Assembly (NCBI GenBank): GCA_025594325.1
Contig: JANHCV010000009.1
Location: 1,240,001-1,304,000, forward strand
Length of the DNA stretch: 64,000 nt
Reading direction: 5' to 3'
Source of the DNA: Blastocladiella emersonii ATCC 22665
Taxonomy: Eukaryota; Fungi; Blastocladiomycota
In this document: in pieces, positions 9,270 to 18,300 of the stretch
How the letters are laid out: the number at the start of each line of letters is the position of its first letter
Position numbering within the stretch: position 1 is the stretch's first letter
Notes under the pieces: model-generated
The model's input: the letters and a program-made list of their open reading frames with translations, nothing else
What the model was told of the DNA's origin: nothing
Databases searched by the model: none
Made by a program: the position numbers and the translations under genes

Positions 9270-10031
9270 ATGTTTCAGATCAAACCACTGCGAGAAAAGG
9301 GCGACGCCAAGGGCCCGGACTCGCTAATCCCCAAAGTGTGCTTTTCGTGTGCGATCGTAGCGTGTCGTGGAAGTGGCAAGACACTGACGCTGCTGAACAT
9401 GATCACACGCTTTTACAAGGGACAGTTTCGCCGGCTTGTCGTGTGCTGTCCATCGTTTGAAAGCGACGAGAAGTGGAAACACATCTTCGCGCCAGGAATC
9501 CTCTCAAAGCCCCGCCGCAAAGACAAGGCCGAAGCGCGACTGTTCCCAGACGATGGCCTTGAAGACCCCACCGTTCCATCCGAGGCGGATGTCCATACGG
9601 ATGCCGCGACCTTTGAAAACGTGGTCTACGAACTCATCGAGTCGCAAAAAGCCATCCCCAAACGCGATCGACAGCCCGTACTCCTTGTACTCGACGATTG
9701 CGCGGCAACGGGTGTGCTTAAAAGCAAAGTCCTCATTGATTGTGTCATGAACGGGCGACACTACATGATTTCCACGGTCTACGTCACACAATCTTACTTC
9801 CAGCTTGCCAAGCCGCTTCGTCTCAACACAACCAACTTTCTGTTGTTCTCAACGGGCAATCAAAAGGAAGTGAAAAACTTTTACGAGGAGCATCATTGTG
9901 GCAAGACTTGGGACCGGTGGTTGCAGATCTATAATCACTGTACTGCCGAGGACTATTCGTTCATGCACGTCAATTACAAGAATAGCAAGGCGAGACTGCT
10001 CACCAAACGGTTCGAAAAGTACGTGAATTAA
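9270..10031 (+). CDS. A32-like (FtsK/HerA) genome-packaging ATPase
   Basis: Walker A IVACRGSGKT, RRLVVCCPS, Walker B LLVLDDC, arginine-finger GRH, VTQSYFQL..LRLN. These match the PLV/virophage/NCLDV A32 family. Confidence 0.93.
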   Translation: MFQIKPLREKGDAKGPDSLIPKVCFSCAIVACRGSGKTLTLLNMITRFYKGQFRRLVVCCPSFESDEKWKHIFAPGILSKPRRKDKAEARLFPDDGLEDPTVPSEADVHTDAATFENVVYELIESQKAIPKRDRQPVLLVLDDCAATGVLKSKVLIDCVMNGRHYMISTVYVTQSYFQLAKPLRLNTTNFLLFSTGNQKEVKNFYEEHHCGKTWDRWLQIYNHCTAEDYSFMHVNYKNSKARLLTKRFEKYVN

Positions 10032-10049
10032 ATTCCTTGGGTACTGTAA

Positions 10050-11243
10050 ATGAATCGGCAACGCCCAAGCACGCGTCCAACGTCCCGCGCACCAACTGGG
10101 TCGCGGCCCAAGACTGACACTGACCGGATCCGAAACAAGGAGAACGATATCCCCATTGCGCAAAGGCCCATGAAACGCGTCCTCAAGATCAAGAAGATTG
10201 TGAGTATCTCCAGGGATGGCACAAAAAAAGTCTTTCGACCAGTGAACCCAGTGTCGGCTGAGGCAAAGGCTAAGCGACGCATGCTCAAGGAACTTCCGAA
10301 CGTACCCACAGTGACTCGCCGTGATCTGGAAGCGACTGCGCCCATGCCGTTTTCCATTGACGCCGTTCCCGTCGATACAGTACCAAGTGCGGTCTACGTG
10401 GCTCCCATTGATGCTCGGAGCAGGGCACTCGAAGTACAGCACCAAGCATCGCATCCCACGGAAGAGCACATCTTCACGTTCACCAATGCGGATGTCCAGG
10501 CTGACGGCCGAGTTCCACTCCCACCTGGTTCAAGGTTCTCGCACGTCCGACTCTTGGATTTTACAATAGAGAACAACATCTATAGCGTCGATGCGACAAA
10601 CGACTTTCTGGATATGACTGTGTTCCCGCTTGGAACATCGCTGGATCAAGTCAAGAGTGGGCAAGTCACTGGGTTACGCTCAAAGTACACGATTCCCCGC
10701 GGATTCTATACGCAGGCAACACTTGCATCCACTCTGGCCAGCGTGACTGGATACTTTAATCCCAACAGCGACGGCGATCTGAAACTTGAGGTCAGTTTCA
10801 ATGCCATTCGCTTCGTTGCTGAACTCCGACTTGTCAAGGGCGCAAATGCAGAGTGTTTCATCGTCCATCCATGTAAACTCGCAAGCGACTTTTTAGGTCT
10901 CTCACACAAACAGTTTAACGTGCCAGCTCGACTGATTGTGGGTGACCGTTGCGTGGACATGACCGGCGGACTGTTCTCACTTGTGATCCACAGCTCGGAA
11001 CTTGGGAGTGCGACCACCAATAAACGTCTTCATGGCGCCAATCACAAACCCGTTCTCGCTGCCTTTCCCATCAACAGTTCACCAGGATATGCCACAACCT
11101 ATCGCAGTCCATCGACCAGTATGAGCTGGTTCGGGTACCAGCGCGACCTGGACACGTTCTCGATCGAGTTTTCCGAAGGGTCCACAGGCCGTCGGCTCGA
11201 TACCACAAGTTGCCAGCGGTTTATGACGCTGTGTTTCTCGTAA
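10050..11243 (+). CDS. Minor capsid (penton) protein with ~100-aa basic N-terminal extension
   Basis: LLDFTIENNIYSVDATND, YTIPRGFYTQATLASTL, DMTGGLFSLVIHSSEL and a C-terminal FSIEFS...LCF pattern are typical of PLV/Polinton pentons; the gene sits between the ATPase and the MCP. Confidence 0.75.
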   Translation: MNRQRPSTRPTSRAPTGSRPKTDTDRIRNKENDIPIAQRPMKRVLKIKKIVSISRDGTKKVFRPVNPVSAEAKAKRRMLKELPNVPTVTRRDLEATAPMPFSIDAVPVDTVPSAVYVAPIDARSRALEVQHQASHPTEEHIFTFTNADVQADGRVPLPPGSRFSHVRLLDFTIENNIYSVDATNDFLDMTVFPLGTSLDQVKSGQVTGLRSKYTIPRGFYTQATLASTLASVTGYFNPNSDGDLKLEVSFNAIRFVAELRLVKGANAECFIVHPCKLASDFLGLSHKQFNVPARLIVGDRCVDMTGGLFSLVIHSSELGSATTNKRLHGANHKPVLAAFPINSSPGYATTYRSPSTSMSWFGYQRDLDTFSIEFSEGSTGRRLDTTSCQRFMTLCFS

Positions 11244-11274
11244 AGTGTACATTTTTTTTATTGCGCGACATTAA

Positions 11275-12488
11275 ATGTCCAGTTCGCTAAAACTCTACGA
11301 CTCCCAGCCCGAAATCGCGCCCGAGGAAATCCTTTACCGCGTTCCTGAGCACGTTTCAGGGACTCGTGTGTACAACACGGTTCGTTCAACCACTGGCGGA
11401 GTGTTCTCGGATGCCAATCGCCAGATCCGGTTCCGCATCCCTGGCGTAAAGACTAAGATGATTGATCCGACGACACTGTTCTTTGTATTCAATCACAATG
11501 CCACTTCGAGCAATAACCAGATCGTCATGGACGAGAACGCGTTCAGCTGCATCGAAAGCATCCGTGCAACCGACGAGAAAGGCACAGTCCTATTCGAAGA
11601 GAACGAGTACGCGCGCCTCCATGCTATCCTGCTCGATACGACTTGCAACGAGTCCCAGCGCAAGAATCTTTTCCACCTGGGCTGTGGCCAAAGACATCGC
11701 GCCCGCTCGGCCGCAAGTACATGGTCCATCTCAAGGGACTGTTCGACGTGAAGACCTTTATTCCCACGTCCATGTTCGGGTTCATCGACATTGACATCAA
11801 CCTTCGCCCTGGCGCACAGTGGCACGTCACCACCGAGAACGGCGCTCCCTCAGAGAACCTTGAGTACGCCCTGACCAACTGTGAACTCCAGTTTGAGGAG
11901 GTCGAGCTGTCGCCCCAGATCAACGCCGTCCTTGCAAAGCGCTGGATGAACGAGGGAATCAAGTTTCACTTCTCGAGCTTTACTCACTTTGGCAAGACCC
12001 TGAATGCAGGCGTGAACACCATCGTCATCCCTAACCGCAACCGCTCCCAAAAGACTGTGATCGCGTCTATGCAGCTGTCAAGTCTGGTCAATCTAAACCA
12101 AATCACAGAAATGTCCAAGACGTACACCCGCGCGTGTCGTCTGCTTTCTTACCAGTTCAAGATTGGCAATACTTATTACCCATCAAAGCCTGTGGCTGAT
12201 GTTTCAGAGGCGTGGTGTGAGGTCGTCAAGGCGTTTTCGCATAACGTCCGTGGGGTTGTGGAGTTCTCAAATTACTATGGTCCCGGGAGTACCAAGTTCT
12301 TCATTGCTCAGAATTTGAACGTCGTCCGATCAGCTATCAGTGGTAACAGCGACGGTGTGGTCTCACAGCTGCCAATTGATCTAATTCTGACTCTACCCGC
12401 CGACTCTCCGCCTATCCGCTTTGATGCTTGGGTCGAGCACGACGTCATGGTGGTCGCAAAGGCTTCGGGCACAACAGTGATCCACTAA
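11275..12488 (+). pseudogene. Double jelly-roll major capsid protein split by one frameshift (~11680-11710); ~404 aa if joined
   Basis: ORF 11275-11751 (QIRFRIP..IDPTTLFFVFN..FSCIESIR) and ORF 11643-12488 (YALTNCELQFEEV..SYQFKIGNTYYPSKP..FFIAQNL..FDAWVEHD) together give a PLV-MCP-like sequence. They overlap in different frames. Confidence 0.78.
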
Positions 12489-12536
12489 GTTTTCCAGAGT
12501 GATGGTAAGCGGCGACTCGTTCGAACGCAATGTGCT

Positions 12537-12752
12537 TTGGAATTCTTTTCGGCCACAAAGTCAAGGAACACTATTATGGGAACGAGTTGTATTACTTCCC
12601 AGGGTACGCCATCCCCGAATCCCACCGTGTACATCCCCGAGACTGTCTTGCCCATCGAGATGCTGAGCGCTCCAAAGCCAGGAACGATCAAGTACACGGC
12701 GGTCCGTGGCACACTGAAGCCCGGCGAGAAATACACCGTGTACTTTGAATGA
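12537..12752 (+). CDS. Small hypothetical ORF after the MCP (frame ambiguous with 12530..12748)
   Basis: Position in the cluster only; two overlapping frames are similarly plausible. Confidence 0.3.
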   Translation: MEFFSATKSRNTIMGTSCITSQGTPSPNPTVYIPETVLPIEMLSAPKPGTIKYTAVRGTLKPGEKYTVYFE

Positions 12753-13025
12753 AATACCTTTCAGAATTACCTCCATGTACCTCTGAAAGACTTAGTCGCT
12801 AAAATATTCGTCGCTATCGTAATCCATCCGCTTGTACGTGACACGGCGCTCACAGCGTGTGCACAGAATCGTGGCACGGACAATATCGTGCAGATCAAGC
12901 CAACCTGGAATGCGATCATGGTCGCATGGCGCTGGGAATCGAGTGGGGACTGCCATTTACAGCTATGCGAGAGAAAGAATCATGTGTGCGTTTGACGATT
13001 TAAATGTACAGCGTATGATCACCGT

Positions 13026-13298
13026 ATGGAGACCCTCGATTCGCCCTGTTCAAGCTGTTCATGCCAAGTCGACGTTTTGGATCTACACGCCTTTTGCGAG
13101 ACGTGCGGAGAGCCCATCTGCTGGGCATGTCTGTACGAGTACGAAGAGTCAATGGACGGGCTTGTGGACGGGTATCGCGTGGAAGAGCATTTGAATGACG
13201 TGCCTTGTCTCACTTGTATATTTTCTGGGAAAGAGACGCGAGTCGGAAAGCCGAGTGGCATTACTCTGGAATATAGTATTTGTGACCAAGGGCATTGA
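13026..13298 (+). CDS. Small Cys-rich putative zinc-finger protein (90 aa)
   Basis: CxxC pairs: CSSC, CETC, CWAC, CLTC. Confidence 0.55.
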   Translation: METLDSPCSSCSCQVDVLDLHAFCETCGEPICWACLYEYEESMDGLVDGYRVEEHLNDVPCLTCIFSGKETRVGKPSGITLEYSICDQGH

Positions 13299-13752
13299 GT
13301 GCCTGAGCGGCGGCATGGCGTGCGACTAAGGCTTCTTCGCGGGTCTCAAAGGTGCCAAGGTGTTTTTGACGGTCATCGACTTTGATCAGTGCGTGCCACT
13401 TTCCGTTTCGACGACTCTGGCGCACGCCAGCTACGTTGGATCGCCATTGGTTATTTTGCTGGCGAGTGACAATCTCCAAATTAGCGATTCGGTTATCGTC
13501 GCGTTGGTGGTTGATATGGTTTATCTCCTCTCCTGGAAGCAGTTCACGACCCAGCACGCCAAAATCATAAAATGCACAAGTCCCAAACTCGTCAAACCAC
13601 ACAGCACGCCAAATCGTAAACGCACAAGTCCCAAACTCGTCAAACCACACAGCACCAAACAAAGGGAGGGCCAGATCCAAGGCATGGTTTGCGACTCCAT
13701 GCAATGAACCTGGCCAAACCAGTGCAGAAACTTTTACATGATGGTGCACCAC
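13261..13752 (-). CDS. HNH endonuclease with C-terminal AP2 DNA-binding domain (start uncertain)
   Basis: LGRELLPGEEINHINHQRDDNRIANLEIVT (HNH_3 type) followed by GVRQSRRNGKWHALIKVDDRQKHLGTFETREEA (AP2). Confidence 0.85.
   Translation of the reverse strand: MVHHHVKVSALVWPGSLHGVANHALDLALPLFGAVWFDEFGTCAFTIWRAVWFDEFGTCAFYDFGVLGRELLPGEEINHINHQRDDNRIANLEIVTRQQNNQWRSNVAGVRQSRRNGKWHALIKVDDRQKHLGTFETREEALVARHAAAQALNALGHKYYIPE
13574..13655. repeat. Direct repeat, 34-bp identical core with 48-bp period
   Basis: GCACAAGTCCCAAACTCGTCAAACCACACAGCAC occurs at 13574 and 13622; it translates as AVWFDEFGTCAF twice in the HNH ORF. Confidence 0.9.
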
Positions 13753-14004
13753 CTATGATCAAGCATCTGCAAAGGGCGAGGAGGGAGTGATGACCGAAGC
13801 CATGAGAGAGCGTGGACGAGGCGGGCCGTACTCGCTTCTTATAGGGTCTTTTGTTGCAGCAACAGGGCAGTTACTCAACCCGCTATAGGGACGCAAGCAG
13901 TGAATCTCCACGCCAAGCCTGCTCAATCAAGACCTCGGTGATGAGCTTGGCAAGCGGCGGGGCGAGGCTGGTTATGAACCGCTTGGTCATCGATAATTAC
14001 ATGG

Positions 14005-14178
14005 TGTCACGGTTCAGTGATCCGACGGCTCTGGCTGGTGGCGCGGGCTGGTGGCGCAGTCCCTCATAAGCCGAGCGTTGCCCTCGCTCTCCCTCTCTCT
14101 TGTCATTCGTGATACAATCCTTCATTATCCGGCTAGTCATTCCTCGTGGCACAAGACCCTCCCCCTCGGCACCTTACA
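14005..14178 (+). repeat. 5' LTR (174 bp)
   Basis: TGTCACGG...CCTTACA; differs from the 3' LTR at only 2 positions. Confidence 0.97.
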
Positions 14179-14180
14179 CT

Positions 14181-14189
14181 TTGTATCAC
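14181..14189 (+). promoter_or_regulatory. Self-priming primer-binding site
   Basis: TTGTATCAC, 2 nt after the 5' LTR, is the exact reverse complement of GTGATACAA at 14109-14117 inside the LTR. Confidence 0.7.
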
Positions 14190-14232
14190 CGTAAAACCCC
14201 CTCCGAGCGGTGATTTCTTCCACGACGGCAAA

Positions 14233-15309
14233 ATGATAACGCCGGCACAGTTCCTCGAAAAGCTGGCGACGTTTGACGTTGCGGCCATTGTCCCCGAGTA
14301 CCAGCTCGCGCCGTGGCGCGACCTGGTCATGCCGTACGAGGACAAAGCCAAGCTCGTCTTCCTCGCGCTCAACGTCGCCAGCGACTACTGGCAACTGGGC
14401 GTGTCGACCGAGGCCCGCGCGGTCGCGGCCGAGCGGCGCGCCGAGACGGCGGAGCGCCGCGCGTATGCGCTCGAGGTCGAGCTGCGGCAGACGCAGCAGA
14501 GCCAGTCGCTCAACGGTATCCTGCAGGGCGAGCTCGACAGCATCCAGGTCAGCAGCGCGCGCGGGCCGGGCGTGGGCGTTGATGGCTTCACGCCGGCCGC
14601 GATGCACGCGCTGATGCGCATGAATTCGGTTGACGGCGTCAACTTCAAGGTCAAGAGCGCCATCACGCAGTACGAGAGCATCCTCCAGCTCACGTTCAAC
14701 GTCCCGGAGAAGTTCAAGATTGCGCACTTCCACGGCAAGCTGACGGGCAAGGTGCTCGAGGCCGTGGAGCTGGCGATGGCCGGGTCCAAGTTTGAGGACT
14801 ACGGCTCGTTCAACGCCTACATCTCCCTCGTCAAGTCAACGCAGCCGGCCGAGAAGTCGGAGACCGAGTACGCGCACGAGCTCAAGAACCTCAAGTACGT
14901 GCGCGGCGCCATGCCGGCGCGCGATTTCGTCTCCAAGTTCCGCCAGACCGCGTCCGGTGCAGGCTACCGCGCGCTCAGCGAGCTGGCGATGCAGTTCTAC
15001 CTGGTGGTCACGGCCGGCAACTCGCCGCTGGCCGCGGACGTGGCCTTCGCCTCGCTGCGCAAGGGCTACCGTTTCGACAAGATGGTCGAGCACTTCCTGG
15101 TGCACGAGGGCGGGGCGACGGGCGTCGCGGCCGAGCTCGTCCCGGACCCGGACGCCATGGACGTTGGCGCGATTCGGCAGCGGGCGGCGGCGCACCAGGG
15201 CCGCGCCCTCACCGACATCAAGTGCTACAACTGCAAGGGCTACGGCCACAAGGCGGCTGATTGCCCGTCGCCCCCGCGCTCGTCGTCGGGAAACGCCAGT
15301 CGGGCGTAG
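14233..15309 (+). CDS. gag: Retrotransposon Gag with CCHC zinc knuckle
   Basis: CYNCKGYGHKAADC; probable ATG at 14233 (the ORF-track start lies inside the LTR). Confidence 0.9.
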   Translation: MITPAQFLEKLATFDVAAIVPEYQLAPWRDLVMPYEDKAKLVFLALNVASDYWQLGVSTEARAVAAERRAETAERRAYALEVELRQTQQSQSLNGILQGELDSIQVSSARGPGVGVDGFTPAAMHALMRMNSVDGVNFKVKSAITQYESILQLTFNVPEKFKIAHFHGKLTGKVLEAVELAMAGSKFEDYGSFNAYISLVKSTQPAEKSETEYAHELKNLKYVRGAMPARDFVSKFRQTASGAGYRALSELAMQFYLVVTAGNSPLAADVAFASLRKGYRFDKMVEHFLVHEGGATGVAAELVPDPDAMDVGAIRQRAAAHQGRALTDIKCYNCKGYGHKAADCPSPPRSSSGNASRA

Positions 15310-18300
15310 CGGAGCAGGCCGCGACGTCCTCGAAGCCAAAACCTGCGGATTTGGGTGGTACAACGGCGATGGCCACGGCGGCCGCCGCCGCGGATAAGAT
15401 GTCGGTGCCCGCCGACACGAAGAAAAAAATGAACAAAAAGAAGAAACAAAACATGAATGATAAGAAGACTAATGGAAAATCTGTTGCTGCGTACTTTGGT
15501 GCACTTGTGCGTCTAGAGATGGCGCAGGACCACCTGCACCTCGGCGGGCTCCTCGCGCATCCAGGGCTCCGCACGGCGCCGATCCCGACGTTCATGATGC
15601 TCGACACGGGCGCGCCGGTTAACCTGATCAGCCGCAGGGTGGCCGAGCAGGCCGGGCTCGTGCCGAAGCGCCTAGCGCGTCGCATCGACCTCCGCGGTGT
15701 CGTCGGTTCCGCGCCGGGCCAGCGCCAGTACATCTCGCATTACGTGCACGCGGCCGTGTCCGTCACGTCGCCCGAGTTCCTGCACGCGGCGGTCGCGGGA
15801 TCCCAAACCGTGTTCGCGGACGGCGTCGTGCCTCCCGGCGACGCGTCCAAGCAGAAGCGCGTGGTGGGAGACGCGGGTCGCGCCATCGACATTCCGTGCC
15901 TTCATTGCTCGGTCGCGCGCTTCCTCGTCGTCGACTCTCCCGCGTTTCCGGTGATCATGGGACTCGAATGGATGGTCGCGAACGGCGCGAAGCCGGATCC
16001 GCGCTCGGCCACGGTCGCGATTGACGGCGCGTGCACTGGTCGCTGCGGGTGCCCGCCCGCCCAGCGCGTCACGGTGGCCACGGTCGCACCGCGCGTCGAC
16101 CTCGACCCGCTCGCGTGGGACGAGGCACACGGCCCGCCCGAGGCGCCAGATGACGCGGCGCCGAAGCGCGTGCTGCCCGCCAAGTACCTCAAGTGGGCGC
16201 ACGTCTTCGATGCCGCCGCGGCGTCCGCGCTCCCGCCGCACCGACCGTACGACTGCGAGATCGAGCTCGTCGAGGGCGCCAAGGTGCCGTTCCTGCCCGT
16301 CTACGCCCTGTCGCAGCCCGAACTCGAGGAGCTGCGCAAGACCATCGACGAGAACCTCGCGCGCGGCTTCATCCGCCCATCGCGGTCGCCAGCCGGCGCG
16401 CCGATCATGTTCGTGCCCAAGAAGGACGGGTCGCGCCGCATGTGTGTGGACTACCGCCGCCTCAACGCGCTGACGGTCAAGAACCGCTACGCGCTGCCGC
16501 TCATCGCGGAGCTCATGAACCAAGTGCAGGGCGCGCGCATCTTCACCAAGTTCGACCTGCGCGGCGCGTGCAACCTGGTCCGCATCCGCGAGGGCGACGA
16601 GTGGAAGACGGCGTTCCGCACGCGCTACGGACATTATGAATGGATGGTGATGCCGTTCGGGCTGACCAACGCGCCGGCCGCGTTCCAGGCGTTTGTCAAC
16701 GACGTGTTCCGCGACCTGCTCGACCGCCGCGGCGTTCTCGTGTACCTGGACGACATCCTCATCTTCAGCGAGGACCCCGAAGAGCACACGGCGCTCGTCA
16801 AGGAGGTGCTGCAGCGGCTCGCCGACAACAAGCTGTACGTCAAGCTCGAGAAGTGCGAATTCGACGTGACGCGCGTCGAGTACCTCGGCCACATCCTGAC
16901 CACCGAGGGCGTCGAGATGGACCCGGCCAAGGTCCGCGCCGTGACCGAGTGGCCCGCGCCACGGACGGTCAAGGAGGTGCAGGCGTTCCTGGGCCTCGCC
17001 AACTACTACCGCCGCTTCATCCCCGAGTTCTCGGAACTGACCATCCCGCTCACCCGTCTTACGCAGAAGGACACGCCGTGGCGGTGGGGCGACACCGAGG
17101 CGGCGGCCTTTGCGGCCATCAAGACGCGGTTCGCGTCCGACCAGTTCCTCGCGCACCCCGACCCCTCAAAACAGTTCATTGTCGAGGCCGACGCGTCCAA
17201 CTTCGCCATTGGGTGCGTCCTGTCGCAGGTCGACAACGAGGGCACGCTGCGGCCGGTCGCGTTCCACTCGCGCGCGCTCAAGGCGGCGGAGCTGAATTAT
17301 CCCATCTTGGATAAGGAGCTGCTCGCCATCAAGGTCGCGTTCGAGATCTGGCGCCACCACCTCGAGGGCGCGCAGCACCCGGTCGAGGTGTACACGGACC
17401 ACAAGAACCTCGAGCACTTTCGCACCATGACGGTCGAGTCGCAGCGGCACGCGCGGTGGGCACTGTTCCTCGAGCGGTTTTCGTTCCGGTTCACGTACCG
17501 GCCCGGCGCAATCAACGGGCGCGCCGACGCGCTGTCGCGCCGCGCCGACTACGAGCTGTTTGACAACCCGATGCTCGGCCGCGCTGTCGTTCCCGCGTCG
17601 GCGCTCACGGTGGCCGCCACGGCCGCGGCCAGCGCGCCGCTCGTCGCGGGCACGCAGGGCGACGACGTGCTCGCCGCGATTCGGGACAGCCTGGCGGAGG
17701 ACGAGCTCGCGCAGTCGATGCAGCGGAACCCGGGCAAGCACCCGTCGCTCACCATGGACCTCGACGGCTTCGTTTGGCGAGACGACCGGCTGTACGTACC
17801 GTCGGGCGTCGCGCGCACCCGGGTGATCGAGGAGGCGCACGCGACGCGTGTAGCCGGTCATTTCGGCGTCCAGCGCACCATCGAGAAGGTGTCGCGCTCG
17901 TACTGGTGGCCCGGGATGCGCAAGGTGATCGAGCGGTTCGTCAAGTCGTGCCTCACCTGCGCGCGGGCCAAGGTGCCGCGCCACCGGCCTGACGGCGAGC
18001 TGCAGCCGCTGCCCACGCCGCCGCGGCCATGGTCGTCGATCTCCATGGACTTCATCACGGACCTGCCGCGCAGCAAGGGTCACACCTGCATCATGGTCGT
18101 CGTCGATCGGTTCTCCAAGATGACGCACTTCATCCCGCTCGCCGCGCTCCCAACGGCCGCCACGACCGCCGACGCCTTCATCGAGCACGTGGTGCGGCCG
18201 CACGGGCTGCCCGACGACATCGTCTCGGACCGCGGGTCGCAGTTCACGTCGCGGTTCTGGTCGGCCATGTGCGAGTCGCTTGAGATCAAGGCCAAGCTCT

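Larger units (their letters stand above)
1..13752. mobile_element. Endogenous Polinton-like virus / virophage-like element (core gene module; left end outside window; right end may extend to ~20260 around the nested gypsy element)
   Basis: Tightly packed intronless ORFs, visibly lower GC than the host genes further right. Contains an A32-like packaging ATPase, minor and major capsid-like ORFs in the usual ATPase-mCP-MCP order, TVpol-helicase, tyrosine recombinase, rve integrase, fibre and HNH. Confidence 0.88.

Noticed and set aside
1-13752. Classical Polinton/Maverick call
   Set aside because: No protein-primed PolB, adenain-like protease or terminal inverted repeat is visible in the window, and replication appears TVpol/helicase based. 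Genes to the left of the window remain unknown.
14179-14200. tRNA-complementary PBS
   Set aside because: It lacks the TGG start expected for pairing with a tRNA CCA end; self-complementarity with the LTR explains it better.
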